This document shows, piece by piece, positions 1-9,414 of a stretch of DNA of 64,000 bases. The DNA comes from Spirochaetia bacterium (GTDB taxonomy: Bacteria; Spirochaetota; Spirochaetia; SZUA-6; Bin103): positions 1,152,001 through 1,216,000 of the forward strand of contig CBDATQ010000002.1 in NCBI GenBank assembly GCA_965199955.1, written 5' to 3'. The notes under the pieces were generated by a model. That model saw nothing but the letters and a program-made list of their open reading frames with translations. It was not told where the DNA came from and ran no database searches. Position 1 is the first letter of the stretch, and each line of letters opens with the position of its first letter. The translations under genes were made by a program, and so were the position numbers.

Positions 1-1155
1 CCGGATCGCTCCAACTCGAGCGGCTGGCGACCAGGCCCCCCCAGCCAGAAAGGCGGCGCCGAGCGGGAGGTCGCTCCCATCCGATGCATCGCCGCCGGGC
101 GGCGTGGCGGCCAGCATGGGGTCGTACCACAAAAGGTCCACCACGTCGACCTGGGTCAGATCGGCCGCGGGATCGTGCACGATCCCGTACGTCTCCATGA
201 ACCACTGCAGCAGCCCGTCGCGGGCCGCCGACGAGATTGGCCCGAAGTAGCCGATCAGCAGCGGCCCCTGCGCGTGGGAGTCCCCGAACGGGATCGTGTG
301 GCCCGGCGGCACCGTAACGTGCATCAGCCATCGGCAGAACTGCGGAAACGGATGGGCGGCCAGCCGGTCTTCCTGTCCGCCAGTCACCGAGTGGCGCGCC
401 GCGAAGTACCGGACCGGGTACTGCAGGGAGCCTGAGTAGCCCACCGACTCGCTGAACTCACCGTTCGGGCCCAGGACGGTCAGGTACTTCTCCATGCGCG
501 GCTGCGCCATCTCCACCAGCAGATCGGATCGGTCGTGCTCGCTCCCCAGCACCATGCCGACGATTCCCAGCCCGCCGACCACCACGGTCATCCAGTTGCT
601 CGGCCGGGTCAGCCAGTGCGGATCGGTCGGGGCGGTGGCCAGATAGGGCCGGATGGCGCAGCGGTCGAGCCCTTCGACGATCATCGTCCGCTCGGCCGCG
701 CTCAGGTGCGCGTACAGCCAGTCGTAGGTCAGCGCCACCCCGGCGCCGAGCTGGCCGGTGCGCAGGTCGGCCTGGAACATCTCGTGGGCGAAGTCCAGCC
801 ACCGCGGCCACCGTTTCGTGTCGAACAGCGCCTCGATCTGTGTCAGGGCGTCCTGCCGATAGCGCTCCTCGCCGGTGACCAGGTGGACCAGGGAGTCGCG
901 CAGCAGACGCCGCACCACCGCCTGGCAGATCGTGTTGTCGGCATTGGCGTGCCGGATCTGCTCGGCGGGCCGGCCGGGGAGCGCCGTGCCCGGAAGCAGC
1001 GGATCGGTCCCGACGGAGTCCTCGGCGCCCTGCCGGACCGTCTCCCAGAGGCGCGCTCCATACGGGCTGGCGATCGTGTCCCGAAGCTGGTCCAGGGAGC
1101 GCCGGCTGGGTCCAGGCTCGGCACCGAGAAATATCGAGGGGTGCCTGGCAGTCAT
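1..1155 (-). CDS. Heparinase II/III-like (polysaccharide lyase) protein, runs off the window's left edge
   Basis: Manual translation from ATG at 1155: MTARHPSIFLG...ALTYDWLY...SNWMTVVVGGLG...GPNGEFSESVGY. These motifs are typical of the alpha/alpha toroid of heparinase II/III-like lyases. Missing from the ORF track because there is no stop in the window. Confidence 0.65.
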   Translation of the reverse strand, partial: MTARHPSIFLGAEPGPSRRSLDQLRDTIASPYGARLWETVRQGAEDSVGTDPLLPGTALPGRPAEQIRHANADNTICQAVVRRLLRDSLVHLVTGEERYRQDALTQIEALFDTKRWPRWLDFAHEMFQADLRTGQLGAGVALTYDWLYAHLSAAERTMIVEGLDRCAIRPYLATAPTDPHWLTRPSNWMTVVVGGLGIVGMVLGSEHDRSDLLVEMAQPRMEKYLTVLGPNGEFSESVGYSGSLQYPVRYFAARHSVTGGQEDRLAAHPFPQFCRWLMHVTVPPGHTIPFGDSHAQGPLLIGYFGPISSAARDGLLQWFMETYGIVHDPAADLTQVDVVDLLWYDPMLAATPPGGDASDGSDLPLGAAFLAGGAWSPAARVGAIR

Positions 1156-1422
1156 CGGGAGATCATGGGCCGATCGGCGAGAAGTGGGAAGCATGGCCGG
1201 GAGTGCCGATCCCTGAGGCGACTGCGCTCCTATCGGGAAATCACGTATCAAGTCACCCCTGCTGGCAGATGCGCTGTACGAAGTCTCGGATCCCTTGGGA
1301 GTGATCGTGTCCTTGATCCCACCAACCTGTCAGGTCGCGGATCCAGGGTTGCCGGACGGTATCGCCGGGGCCAAGGGCGGCCGAACATTGGTTCACAGAG
1401 ACCGGGCCTCGCGCTGTACTGC

Positions 1423-2313
1423 TTACTGCTTGAGGGAGCCGACCATCATGCCCTTGACGAAGTAGCGCTGGATGAAGGGGTACACGCACATGATCGGCAC
1501 CACCATGACGATGATCGACGCGGCGCGGAACGCCTGGATTGGCACCGGGTCGCGCTCGACTTCCAGCAACAGGTCCTGCAGGCTGCGGTCGCGGCTGACG
1601 TCTGTGATCTCTAGTGTGATGAGAAGGCGGCGCATCAGCACCGTAAGCGGCATCAGTCGCTCGTCGTTCATGAACACGAAAGGGGTATAGAAATCGTTCC
1701 ATATTTCCACGATGCGGAAGAGCGCAAGGGTGGCGATGACGGGCTTCGACAGCGGCAAGACGATGCGAAACAGCACGCGAAAATCGCCCGCACCGTCTAT
1801 GTAGGCGGCTTCGCGCAACTCGTCCCCCAGTTCGCGGAAGTTGGTCCTGAACAGGATGATGCCGAATACAGTCACCGCTCCCGGGAGCACCATCACCCAG
1901 ATCGTGTCGAGCAGTCCGAGCGCCCGGTAGAGCAGATACGTGGGAATCAGGCCTCCGGATACGAACATCGTGAGGACGTACATCATGGTGGCAGGCTTGT
2001 TCAACCAGAAGCCGCGAATGGTGAGCGGATAGGCGACAAGGGACGTAGCCAGCAGGTATATAAGCGTGCCCAGGACCGCGTATCGGACCGAGTTGTAGTA
2101 GGTGCGCAGCAACTCGGGGTTCTCCACCACCATCCGATACGCATGAATGTTGAACCCGACCGGAATGTAATTGGCGTTCCCGGTGGCTATGCCGGGTCCG
2201 CTACTGGTGGAGAGAGCGAACACATGATAGAAAGGAAACAGCATCAATAGCGTGAACGCGAACAGGAAGACGATGTTCAGGATGTCGAACCAGTTGTTCC
2301 GCGCCACTATCAT
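1423..2313 (-). CDS. Carbohydrate ABC transporter permease (LplC/YtcP-like)
   Basis: EAA loop EAAYIDGAGDFRVLFRIVLPLSKP; C-terminus YPFIQRYFVKGMMVGSLK; start taken at MIVARNN. Confidence 0.92.
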   Translation of the reverse strand: MIVARNNWFDILNIVFLFAFTLLMLFPFYHVFALSTSSGPGIATGNANYIPVGFNIHAYRMVVENPELLRTYYNSVRYAVLGTLIYLLATSLVAYPLTIRGFWLNKPATMMYVLTMFVSGGLIPTYLLYRALGLLDTIWVMVLPGAVTVFGIILFRTNFRELGDELREAAYIDGAGDFRVLFRIVLPLSKPVIATLALFRIVEIWNDFYTPFVFMNDERLMPLTVLMRRLLITLEITDVSRDRSLQDLLLEVERDPVPIQAFRAASIIVMVVPIMCVYPFIQRYFVKGMMVGSLKQ

Positions 2314-2323
2314 GCCGCTGTTC

Positions 2324-3295
2324 CTACCACAGGCTGTGCCCGGTCGCCCGGCGGCCAACATAGTTCACGGTGGCTGCGAAGATGAAGGACACGGCCGAGT
2401 CGAGCACACCGACCGCGCTGCCGTACCCGATCTGTCCGCCGGCCAGCCCTACGCGATACACATAGGTCTGAATGACGTCCGCCGTCTCGTAGATGCCGGG
2501 ATTCTGCATCAGGAATACCTTCTCGAAGCCGACGCTTACAATGCCGATTGTCTGGAAGATCAGCAGGATCATCATGAGCGACAGCAACTCGGGCAGCGTG
2601 ATGTACCGGACGAGCTGCCAGCGGTTGGCTCCTTCGCATGTCGCGTTCTCATAGAGCTCCGGATTGATGCTCGCGAGCCCGGCAAGGTAGAGAATCGACC
2701 CGAACCCCACGCCCTGCCAGATGCCGGAACCGATGTACAGCGGCCGGAACCAGCCCGGCTCCATGAAGAAGTTGGTCTGCTCGCCGCCTATGCTCGCCAC
2801 CGCTCGATTGATGATGCCGTCGTACGAGAAGAATTCCTTCATCAAGCCGATGATGACCACCAGCGCGATGAAGTGCGGGAGGTAGCTGATGGTCTGGACG
2901 ACGCGCTTGTAGCCCGGCAGTCGCAACTCATTCAGCAGGAGCGCCAGCGCGATCGGCGGCCAGAATCCCCATAGGATGGACAGGAAGCCCAGCAGAAGCG
3001 TGTTGCGGATGAGGCGCACGGCGTATGGGCCGGTGAGGAACGCGGCGAAATTGTCCAGGCCGATCCAGGGACTGCCCCAGATGCCATCGACCGGGTTGAA
3101 GCGCTTGAAGGCCACCTGCATCCCGTAGATCGGCAGGTACTGGAACACCAGGATCATCCCCAGGCCGAGCGCCGTCATGACGTACAGGCTCTTCTGGCGG
3201 GGGAAGTCGTGCACGACCTGCGCCAGCCGTCCGCGCCGCGGGGATGCCGGCGCGACCGGACTGTCAGTCCCCACGGAGCCTCTCCGTCCCGCCAC
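2324..3295 (-). CDS. Carbohydrate ABC transporter permease (LplB-like)
   Basis: YLPIYGMQVAFK, QTISYLPHF, ELYENATCEGANRWQ, DVIQTYVYRVGL. Confidence 0.92.
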   Translation of the reverse strand: MAGRRGSVGTDSPVAPASPRRGRLAQVVHDFPRQKSLYVMTALGLGMILVFQYLPIYGMQVAFKRFNPVDGIWGSPWIGLDNFAAFLTGPYAVRLIRNTLLLGFLSILWGFWPPIALALLLNELRLPGYKRVVQTISYLPHFIALVVIIGLMKEFFSYDGIINRAVASIGGEQTNFFMEPGWFRPLYIGSGIWQGVGFGSILYLAGLASINPELYENATCEGANRWQLVRYITLPELLSLMMILLIFQTIGIVSVGFEKVFLMQNPGIYETADVIQTYVYRVGLAGGQIGYGSAVGVLDSAVSFIFAATVNYVGRRATGHSLW

Positions 3296-3309
3296 GGAGC
3301 CTCTCCGTC
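3271..3309. repeat. 18-bp direct repeat with 21-bp period (CCACGGAGCCTCTCCGTC), duplicating the RBS+GTG of the permease gene
   Basis: Identical copies at 3271-3288 and 3292-3309; on the minus strand each reads GACGGAGAGGCTCC-GTG-G. Confidence 0.85.
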
Positions 3310-3400
3310 ACTGTGACACTCCCATGACGCTGTGGTACACTGGCAGGGCAATTCAGTCAACGGGAGGCGCTCCGACGCTTCCCACAGGAGGACGATCACG

Positions 3401-5047
3401 ATGAAGACATTCGCGCGCACCCTTGCTGCGCTCGGCGTTGTACTGCTGGCCGCGTCGGGCGCTTGGGCGGAGGGCCAGGGGGAGGCCAGCGGGGCCGGTG
3501 CCATCCCGGACCAGGTCACGCTCCCGCTTGCGGAGAAGATAACCGTCGACTACACGCTGGCGGAGCACACCACGATTGGCCACTACGCCTTCGCCGACGA
3601 CGGCCATCCCGGCTTCATCTGGCTGGAGGAACAGACCAATGTCGAGCTCAACGACATCCAGATACCGCCGGGTGAGATCGAAGCGAAATATCAGGTCATG
3701 CTGGCCACGGGCGACCTGCCGGACATCTTCAACCCCGGCGCCGCCAATCTCAGCAAGGCGGACCTGGACGCCTTTGGCGATCAGGGTCTGTTCGTCAACA
3801 TCCTGGATTACGCGCACCTGATTCCCAACTACATGAAGCTGATGGATGAGGTGGAGCCGCTCGCCAACATGGTCACCAAGGACGGCAAGAAGTACGGCTT
3901 CGCCATCTACAACGCCGATCCGATTCCGTTCTCGCTGACGCTGGCGTACCGGGAAGACCTGTGGGAGAAGATGGACCTGCCGCGCGACACGTGGGAGGAC
4001 CTGTACGAAGCCTTCAAGACGTTGAAGGCGGAGTTCCCGGACTCCTATCCGGTCAACGCGTGGCAGACCGGTGACCGGTCGGTGCTGCTGTTCATGGCCG
4101 GGGCGAACTTCAACACCGATGAGAGCATCTACTACAACCACACCAACCGCGAGTGGCAGTACGGCCCGCTGGATGCCGAATACGAGTACTTCATGGAGTA
4201 TTTCTCGCGCCTGTGGGCGGAGGGGCTGCTGCATCCTGACACCTTCACCATGAGCTACGATCAGTGGAGCCAGTCGCTGGCCAACCACGAGTCGTTCTTC
4301 ACGTGGTGGTGGTCGGCATCGGGCAACTGGTTCAGCCCGGTCACGCAGTTCAAGCTGCCTGATTATGGCCCGGGCAAGGAGTGGACGTTCAGCGCCCTGC
4401 GCATTCCCAGCCTGGTAGAGGGCGGGCCCCGCGCACGGTCACGCAACACCATGCCCTACGGCAACTACGGGTATGTGAAGCTGATCTCCTCGCAGTCCGA
4501 GCACATCCCGGAGATCATGGCGTGGCTGAACTTCCTGGCCGTGGAGAAGAACAGCTACAGCGTCTTCTTCGGCCCGCCCGGGGAGTACTGGGACATCGTC
4601 GACGGCAAGTACCGGTGGCTCATTCCGGAGATCAAGACGCCGTACAACCCGGAGGGCACGCTGGCCGACCATGAGTGGTTCCTGCAGAAGTTCGGCGTTC
4701 GTACCAGCCTGGCCAACGTCGAGCTCGTCGGTATCGACAACCCGCGCATGGAAGCCAACATGACGATCGAGAGCGACCCGGACTACACGCAGTTCGAGGT
4801 GGAGGCGCGCCAGTACGTGGCCGACGGCTCGACCCCGCAGCGGCCGGAGCCGATCACGAACTTCACGGCCGAACAGGCCGACCGCGAGGCGCAGTTGAAG
4901 ACCGCCATCGACACCTACGCTCAGGAGCAGTCGATCCTGTTCATCACCGGCAAGCGCCCGCTGAGCGAGTTCGCGGCGTTCCAGGACGAGATCAGGAACC
5001 TCGGAGCCGAGGAGCTCATCGAGTTGTACAAGGCCGCTTCCAGCTAG
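3401..5047 (+). CDS. Sugar ABC transporter extracellular solute-binding protein
   Basis: AGGAGG RBS; signal peptide MKTFART...AWAEGQGE; MLATGDLPDI; LAYREDLWEK; FITGKRPLSEFAAF. Confidence 0.9.
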   Translation: MKTFARTLAALGVVLLAASGAWAEGQGEASGAGAIPDQVTLPLAEKITVDYTLAEHTTIGHYAFADDGHPGFIWLEEQTNVELNDIQIPPGEIEAKYQVMLATGDLPDIFNPGAANLSKADLDAFGDQGLFVNILDYAHLIPNYMKLMDEVEPLANMVTKDGKKYGFAIYNADPIPFSLTLAYREDLWEKMDLPRDTWEDLYEAFKTLKAEFPDSYPVNAWQTGDRSVLLFMAGANFNTDESIYYNHTNREWQYGPLDAEYEYFMEYFSRLWAEGLLHPDTFTMSYDQWSQSLANHESFFTWWWSASGNWFSPVTQFKLPDYGPGKEWTFSALRIPSLVEGGPRARSRNTMPYGNYGYVKLISSQSEHIPEIMAWLNFLAVEKNSYSVFFGPPGEYWDIVDGKYRWLIPEIKTPYNPEGTLADHEWFLQKFGVRTSLANVELVGIDNPRMEANMTIESDPDYTQFEVEARQYVADGSTPQRPEPITNFTAEQADREAQLKTAIDTYAQEQSILFITGKRPLSEFAAFQDEIRNLGAEELIELYKAASS

Positions 5048-5085
5048 GGAGCGCCGGGGTCCGGCGTCCGAAGACGCAGCCTCAG

Positions 5086-5127
5086 GGGCCGCCCGCTGTC
5101 ATTCGGCAGCAGGGCGGCCCTTCGTTT
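5086..5127 (+). terminator. Probable intrinsic terminator
   Basis: GGGCCGCCC-GCTGTC/GGCAGC-A-GGGCGGCCC hairpin followed by TTCGTTT, between convergent genes. Confidence 0.6.
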
Positions 5128-5156
5128 GCTCGGGCCCGGTGGGGCCCGGCAGACGA

Positions 5157-6767
5157 TCAGTTGTCCAGGGTGATCCCGTCGTCTGTCACGCGCAGTCGCG
5201 TGATGCGGCTGTCGGCCTTTCCGTGCTCCATGATGTCGCCCATGTAGGTCACCAGCACCACGTCCGGCTCGATCTCGACCGCGTGCTGGTTCGCCCAGAT
5301 CGCGTAGTCGACGATGACCGGTGGCGACCAGGTGCGTCCGCCGTCGCGGCTGAGGTGGGCGGCGAAGTGGGGATAGCGCGTGGTGGCGACCAGCGCTCCC
5401 GACCGCGTCGCGGTCAGCGACGGGCAGAAGCCGGGAAAGTGACCGATGGCGGCCGGCTGCCAGGTGCGCCCGCCGTCCTCGCTGCGAAGCTGCCACATGT
5501 ACGGGTCACGGTCCGGCCGGCCGATCCCGACCAGTACGCCGGGGGCGGCCTCGTCCATGGCTACCTCGTAGTAACGCGCGGCGTAACGGAGCATCGCGGG
5601 CGGCAGGTGCTGCTGGCGCGCATCCGCGTCGCAGACCACCGGCGCCGACCAGGTGCGGCCGTCGTCCGCGCTGCGCAGAGCCATGGCCGCCACGTACTGG
5701 CACTGCGTCGGCAGGATCGCCTCGTCCGGAGGGCTCACCATCATCGGCATGACCAGGGATCCGTCGCGCATCCGCACCGGCGGCCACGGTCCTCCGGCCT
5801 GCCACTCGGCAGGCCAGCCGCCGGCGATCGCCGTCACCGTCGGCCCCTGCCATGTCCGACCCTCGTCCGAGGACTCGTAGGAGCGCAACGGTGCGCTTGC
5901 GTCATCGTGGTCGACGCGCATGCTCACCCAGGTCCCGTCGCGGCGGACGAACGCGCCGGCCAGTCTGCCGTCCCGTGGAGCCGGTTCCGGCTCTCCCCAC
6001 GTCCTGCCGCCGTCCTCGGTACGGATCAGGACCGCCCGGCGGGTCTCGCCGAGGTTGGGATTGCCGAAGGTAAGGTAGAGCGTCGCGCGTCCGGGACCGC
6101 TCTTCAGCAGGGTCGCGTAGCTCTGGTAGGTGTCGGGGTCGACCTCCCGGCACGGAGTGATCCAGTGGGGGGCGGCCGGCGCAAGCCCATCCCATGCGCC
6201 TGGCGGACTCGGCGCTCCGGCGATCCGCAGCGCGTCGAACCGGGCCGCTTCGGGGTAAGGGGTCTGGATGGAGCCCAGGCCGATCCGGCCGGCCCGGTAG
6301 GTGTCGTCGTGGACGTCCGCGGCCGGGATGTCGTTGATCCATGCCTGCAGGCGACTGCCGGCTGCACGCACGCGGACCTCGTGCCAGCTCCCCAGCACCG
6401 CGCACAGCCCCGGCACCAGCCCAAAGCCGAGATAGCGCTGCAGCGGCGTGCCGTCGGCGACCACCATGCCCGCCCAGCACGCCCGCGAACGGAACTGCTG
6501 GCCGCCGACCGGCACGTCGAACGCGTAGAAACGGCGGCTGTCCTGGACTCGGAACAGGAACCGGACCGGATTGCTGGCGCGCAGGCGGAAGCGAAAAGTC
6601 GCCTCGAAGTCGCCGTACACGGCGTCGTCGCGCACCGCCAGGTGCTCGACGGCGGTGCCGTCGGGCGGGCACAGCGCGCCATCCGTGTCCTCCGTCCACC
6701 TGTCGCCCAGAAACGTCCATCCCGACCCGTCCGCAATGCGGAGCCGCGTCCCCGTGTCTGCGTCCAT
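5157..6767 (-). CDS. DUF1080-like N-terminal domain plus BNR/Asp-box sialidase-fold protein
   Basis: Multiple S-x-D-x-G-x-T-W Asp boxes; N-terminal YGDFEATFRFR...WHEVRVRAAG...GRIGL; RBS AAGGAG before MDADTG. Confidence 0.75.
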   Translation of the reverse strand: MDADTGTRLRIADGSGWTFLGDRWTEDTDGALCPPDGTAVEHLAVRDDAVYGDFEATFRFRLRASNPVRFLFRVQDSRRFYAFDVPVGGQQFRSRACWAGMVVADGTPLQRYLGFGLVPGLCAVLGSWHEVRVRAAGSRLQAWINDIPAADVHDDTYRAGRIGLGSIQTPYPEAARFDALRIAGAPSPPGAWDGLAPAAPHWITPCREVDPDTYQSYATLLKSGPGRATLYLTFGNPNLGETRRAVLIRTEDGGRTWGEPEPAPRDGRLAGAFVRRDGTWVSMRVDHDDASAPLRSYESSDEGRTWQGPTVTAIAGGWPAEWQAGGPWPPVRMRDGSLVMPMMVSPPDEAILPTQCQYVAAMALRSADDGRTWSAPVVCDADARQQHLPPAMLRYAARYYEVAMDEAAPGVLVGIGRPDRDPYMWQLRSEDGGRTWQPAAIGHFPGFCPSLTATRSGALVATTRYPHFAAHLSRDGGRTWSPPVIVDYAIWANQHAVEIEPDVVLVTYMGDIMEHGKADSRITRLRVTDDGITLDN

Positions 6768-6799
6768 CTGTTGCTCCTTTCCCGTGCGGGAGGAGGCGG

Positions 6800-8416
6800 T
6801 CAGTCGATCTGGTCGCGCCGCACGGGCGTCAGCGCGCCGTCCGCGACGCTCAGGTACTGGGCGCGCATCCGGGACTCGAAGCTGTCGTAGTACACGTACA
6901 GCACCAGGTCGGGCCGCACCTCGAGCATCGATCCCATGACCCAGATCGAGCTGTCGATGATCGTCCCCTGCCAGGTTGCGCCGGCGTCGAAGCTGGCGTG
7001 CACGGTCATCATCGGCAGCCGGTGGGCGACCAGCAGGACTCCGGAGCTGGTCCGGAGCATGTTGGGAGTCGCGTAGCCGGGAAACGGGCCGCGCATGCAC
7101 GGGGTCCAGGTGAGGCCGCCGTCATACGACCACGTCTCCCACATCCAGGGCGAGTAGACCGGCCGGATCAACGCAACCATCGTCCCGTCGGCCGTCTCGG
7201 CGCCGCACACCTCGGTGAGGTCGAGGGAGCCGGGGACCGGCTCCCCCTTGCCGTTGACCGCGTGGTCGATGTTGACCAGGGGTGACCAGGTGGCGCCGTT
7301 GTCGGTCGAGCGGCAGGTGAAGGCGCGGCAGTGGACGGCGCCCCAGGTATGGATGAGCTCGTGACCGGGCCCGGACTGGTGGCCGCCGTACAGGAACATG
7401 ACGACGGTACCGTCGTCGAGGTTGGCGAACACCTGGGGACCCATGTGCAGGCCGGCCATGCCGTCCGGCATCGGTCCCAGGTCGAGGGGCCGCGGCCAAC
7501 CGACGGTTCGGATGTCATCGGACACGTCGGCCAGCGCGAACGTGCCGTCCGCGTCCGTGGACAGCCGGCGTACCTGGCCGTCGGGGAACCGGTGCAGGGT
7601 GCCGCGCACCGTCCACGGATCGTCGTCCACGGTGCCGGTGACCTTCGGTGCGCTCCAGGTCCTGCCGTCGTCGGCGGACCGGGTCATCAGGTGGCTGGTG
7701 GCGCCCGCGGGTCCCGGCCGGCTGGCGTTGTAGGTGAGCACCAGCTCGCCGTCACCGGCTCGCAACAAGGTCTGCGGCTTCTGCCAGACGCCGTGTTCGG
7801 CGTCTTCGACCGGGTAGAACCAGTTGGCCGGCTGCTCGACCGAGTCGTCCCAGCCGGCGCCCGGCGCCGGCTCGCCGTCGATGCGCACGGCGCGGACGCG
7901 TGCGCGCCCGAAGACGAATAGCCCCGTGCAGCCCGCCCCGTCGGGCAGACCGCGGTGCTCGAAGACGCCGCGGCCGTCGATCCGCGCGCGCAGCTCGCCG
8001 CCGCGTACCTCCACCTCCACGTCGTGCCAGATCCGGGTGCTCGAGGCGACGCGGTTGACCATGGCGAGCTGGTCGACGCGCAGGCAGCCGCTCGCGTCCA
8101 TGCGCGACAGCGCGGTCCAGAAGTGCTGTGCGCGGTATCCCTGGCCACAGCAGGGGAAGTGCAGGAGGGTAAAGTCGCAGCGGTTGCGGGCGCGGAAGAT
8201 CAGGCCGACGTCGCTGTGCGCCACGTCGTGGCATGCCTGGAAGGTGGCGCGGAAGTCCCGGTACGACGCGTCGGTCGCGAACGCGAACCGGCACCCCTGC
8301 ATGCCGCACTCGGTGTTGGCGTCGAAGGCGTCGACCGGCGCCATGCGGCTGTCGTCACCGGCTCGCCACTCGCCGCCGGCGCAGGTCCATGTGCGCGTCC
8401 CGTCCAGATCGATCAT
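6800..8416 (-). CDS. DUF1080-like plus BNR/sialidase-fold protein (paralog of the adjacent gene)
   Basis: Asp boxes SADDGRTW, STDNGATW, SYDGGLTW; YRDFRATF...WHDVEVEVRG; start MIDLDG overlaps the vapC stop (TGATG). Confidence 0.75.
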   Translation of the reverse strand: MIDLDGTRTWTCAGGEWRAGDDSRMAPVDAFDANTECGMQGCRFAFATDASYRDFRATFQACHDVAHSDVGLIFRARNRCDFTLLHFPCCGQGYRAQHFWTALSRMDASGCLRVDQLAMVNRVASSTRIWHDVEVEVRGGELRARIDGRGVFEHRGLPDGAGCTGLFVFGRARVRAVRIDGEPAPGAGWDDSVEQPANWFYPVEDAEHGVWQKPQTLLRAGDGELVLTYNASRPGPAGATSHLMTRSADDGRTWSAPKVTGTVDDDPWTVRGTLHRFPDGQVRRLSTDADGTFALADVSDDIRTVGWPRPLDLGPMPDGMAGLHMGPQVFANLDDGTVVMFLYGGHQSGPGHELIHTWGAVHCRAFTCRSTDNGATWSPLVNIDHAVNGKGEPVPGSLDLTEVCGAETADGTMVALIRPVYSPWMWETWSYDGGLTWTPCMRGPFPGYATPNMLRTSSGVLLVAHRLPMMTVHASFDAGATWQGTIIDSSIWVMGSMLEVRPDLVLYVYYDSFESRMRAQYLSVADGALTPVRRDQID

Positions 8417-8838
8417 CACAGCACCGTGCGCTGCAGCGACTGGACGAAATGTATCCCGTCGACGTTCGTGTGGTTCAGCCGGTCGTCGTTGGTCATGAAC
8501 AGGTCGCAGTTGGCCACCGATGCGCAGGCGAGCTGGACCGCGTCGGAGGCGGAGATCTGCCATGCTGCGCGGATCTCCGCGAAGCGCCGGGCCGCGCGCG
8601 CGTCGAAGGGCAGCACGGTGGCTCCGGCCGGAATCGCGCGTTCGATCTCGGCCTGGACGGTCTCGTTCTTGTGCTCGACGGGGTGGACGAGCACCTCGCC
8701 TATCGTCAGCGCCGACGTGAGCAGCTCGTCGCCCCTCTCCAGCATGCGCCGGCGGAGATCCGCCGCCCGCCTGGAGGGCTCGCCGAAGCTCTGCAGCAAG
8801 TACAGGAACAGGTTCGTGTCCCAGAAGATACGGCTCAT
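8416..8838 (-). CDS. vapC: PIN-domain VapC toxin
   Basis: IFWDTNLFLY, TSALTIGEVL, SDAVQLACA, FMTNDDRL. Confidence 0.9.
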   Translation of the reverse strand: MSRIFWDTNLFLYLLQSFGEPSRRAADLRRRMLERGDELLTSALTIGEVLVHPVEHKNETVQAEIERAIPAGATVLPFDARAARRFAEIRAAWQISASDAVQLACASVANCDLFMTNDDRLNHTNVDGIHFVQSLQRTVL

Positions 8839-9326
8839 CGGCTCGACTCGCGGAGGCGCCGCACCAGCGTGTCGGCCGCTTCGGTCGAGCGGAGCGACTT
8901 GCCGATGTCGAGCAGGGACAGGATCGGGTCGACCGGAATCGGGATGGTGGCTGGTCCCACATACTCGGAGCTGTACCAGTCGACCAGATTGCGGTATCCC
9001 CAGGGGAGCTCTTCGGTGCGCGGGACGCTCTTTCCGCCCCGGCGGTCGGGGTGGTAGGGGTCGCCCGGCCGGAACAGCCGGCGGCGCCCGCGTTCGGTTT
9101 CGATCAACATCCGGTAGCGGCCAGGATTGGGCGCCTTGCTGGCGACGCAGTGCTGGGAGGCATGTACCACGAAGCCCGGGCGCAGCGGCCCCGCGCCGTT
9201 CGCCTCCGCGGCCGCGCGCCGGCTGATCTCGGAGACCGTGAAGTCATCGCGGTCGGGATGCTGTTTGTGCAGGAGCGCCGTGGCCACCCACACTTCGTCT
9301 GCAACTCGTATTCTCTCTTTTGCCAT
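8835..9326 (-). CDS. Hypothetical protein, probable antitoxin of the downstream VapC
   Basis: Overlaps the vapC start (ATGA); C-terminus EAADTLVRRLRES resembles VapB toxin-binding tails. Confidence 0.6.
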   Translation of the reverse strand: MAKERIRVADEVWVATALLHKQHPDRDDFTVSEISRRAAAEANGAGPLRPGFVVHASQHCVASKAPNPGRYRMLIETERGRRRLFRPGDPYHPDRRGGKSVPRTEELPWGYRNLVDWYSSEYVGPATIPIPVDPILSLLDIGKSLRSTEAADTLVRRLRESSR

Positions 9327-9414
9327 GTATACCTGGTATATCGGAGAGGAGATCCGTTCTCTTGAGCGGATCCGCACGGCGTGACGGCCGGACGCGTTCG
9401 GGCGCCCGAGTGCG

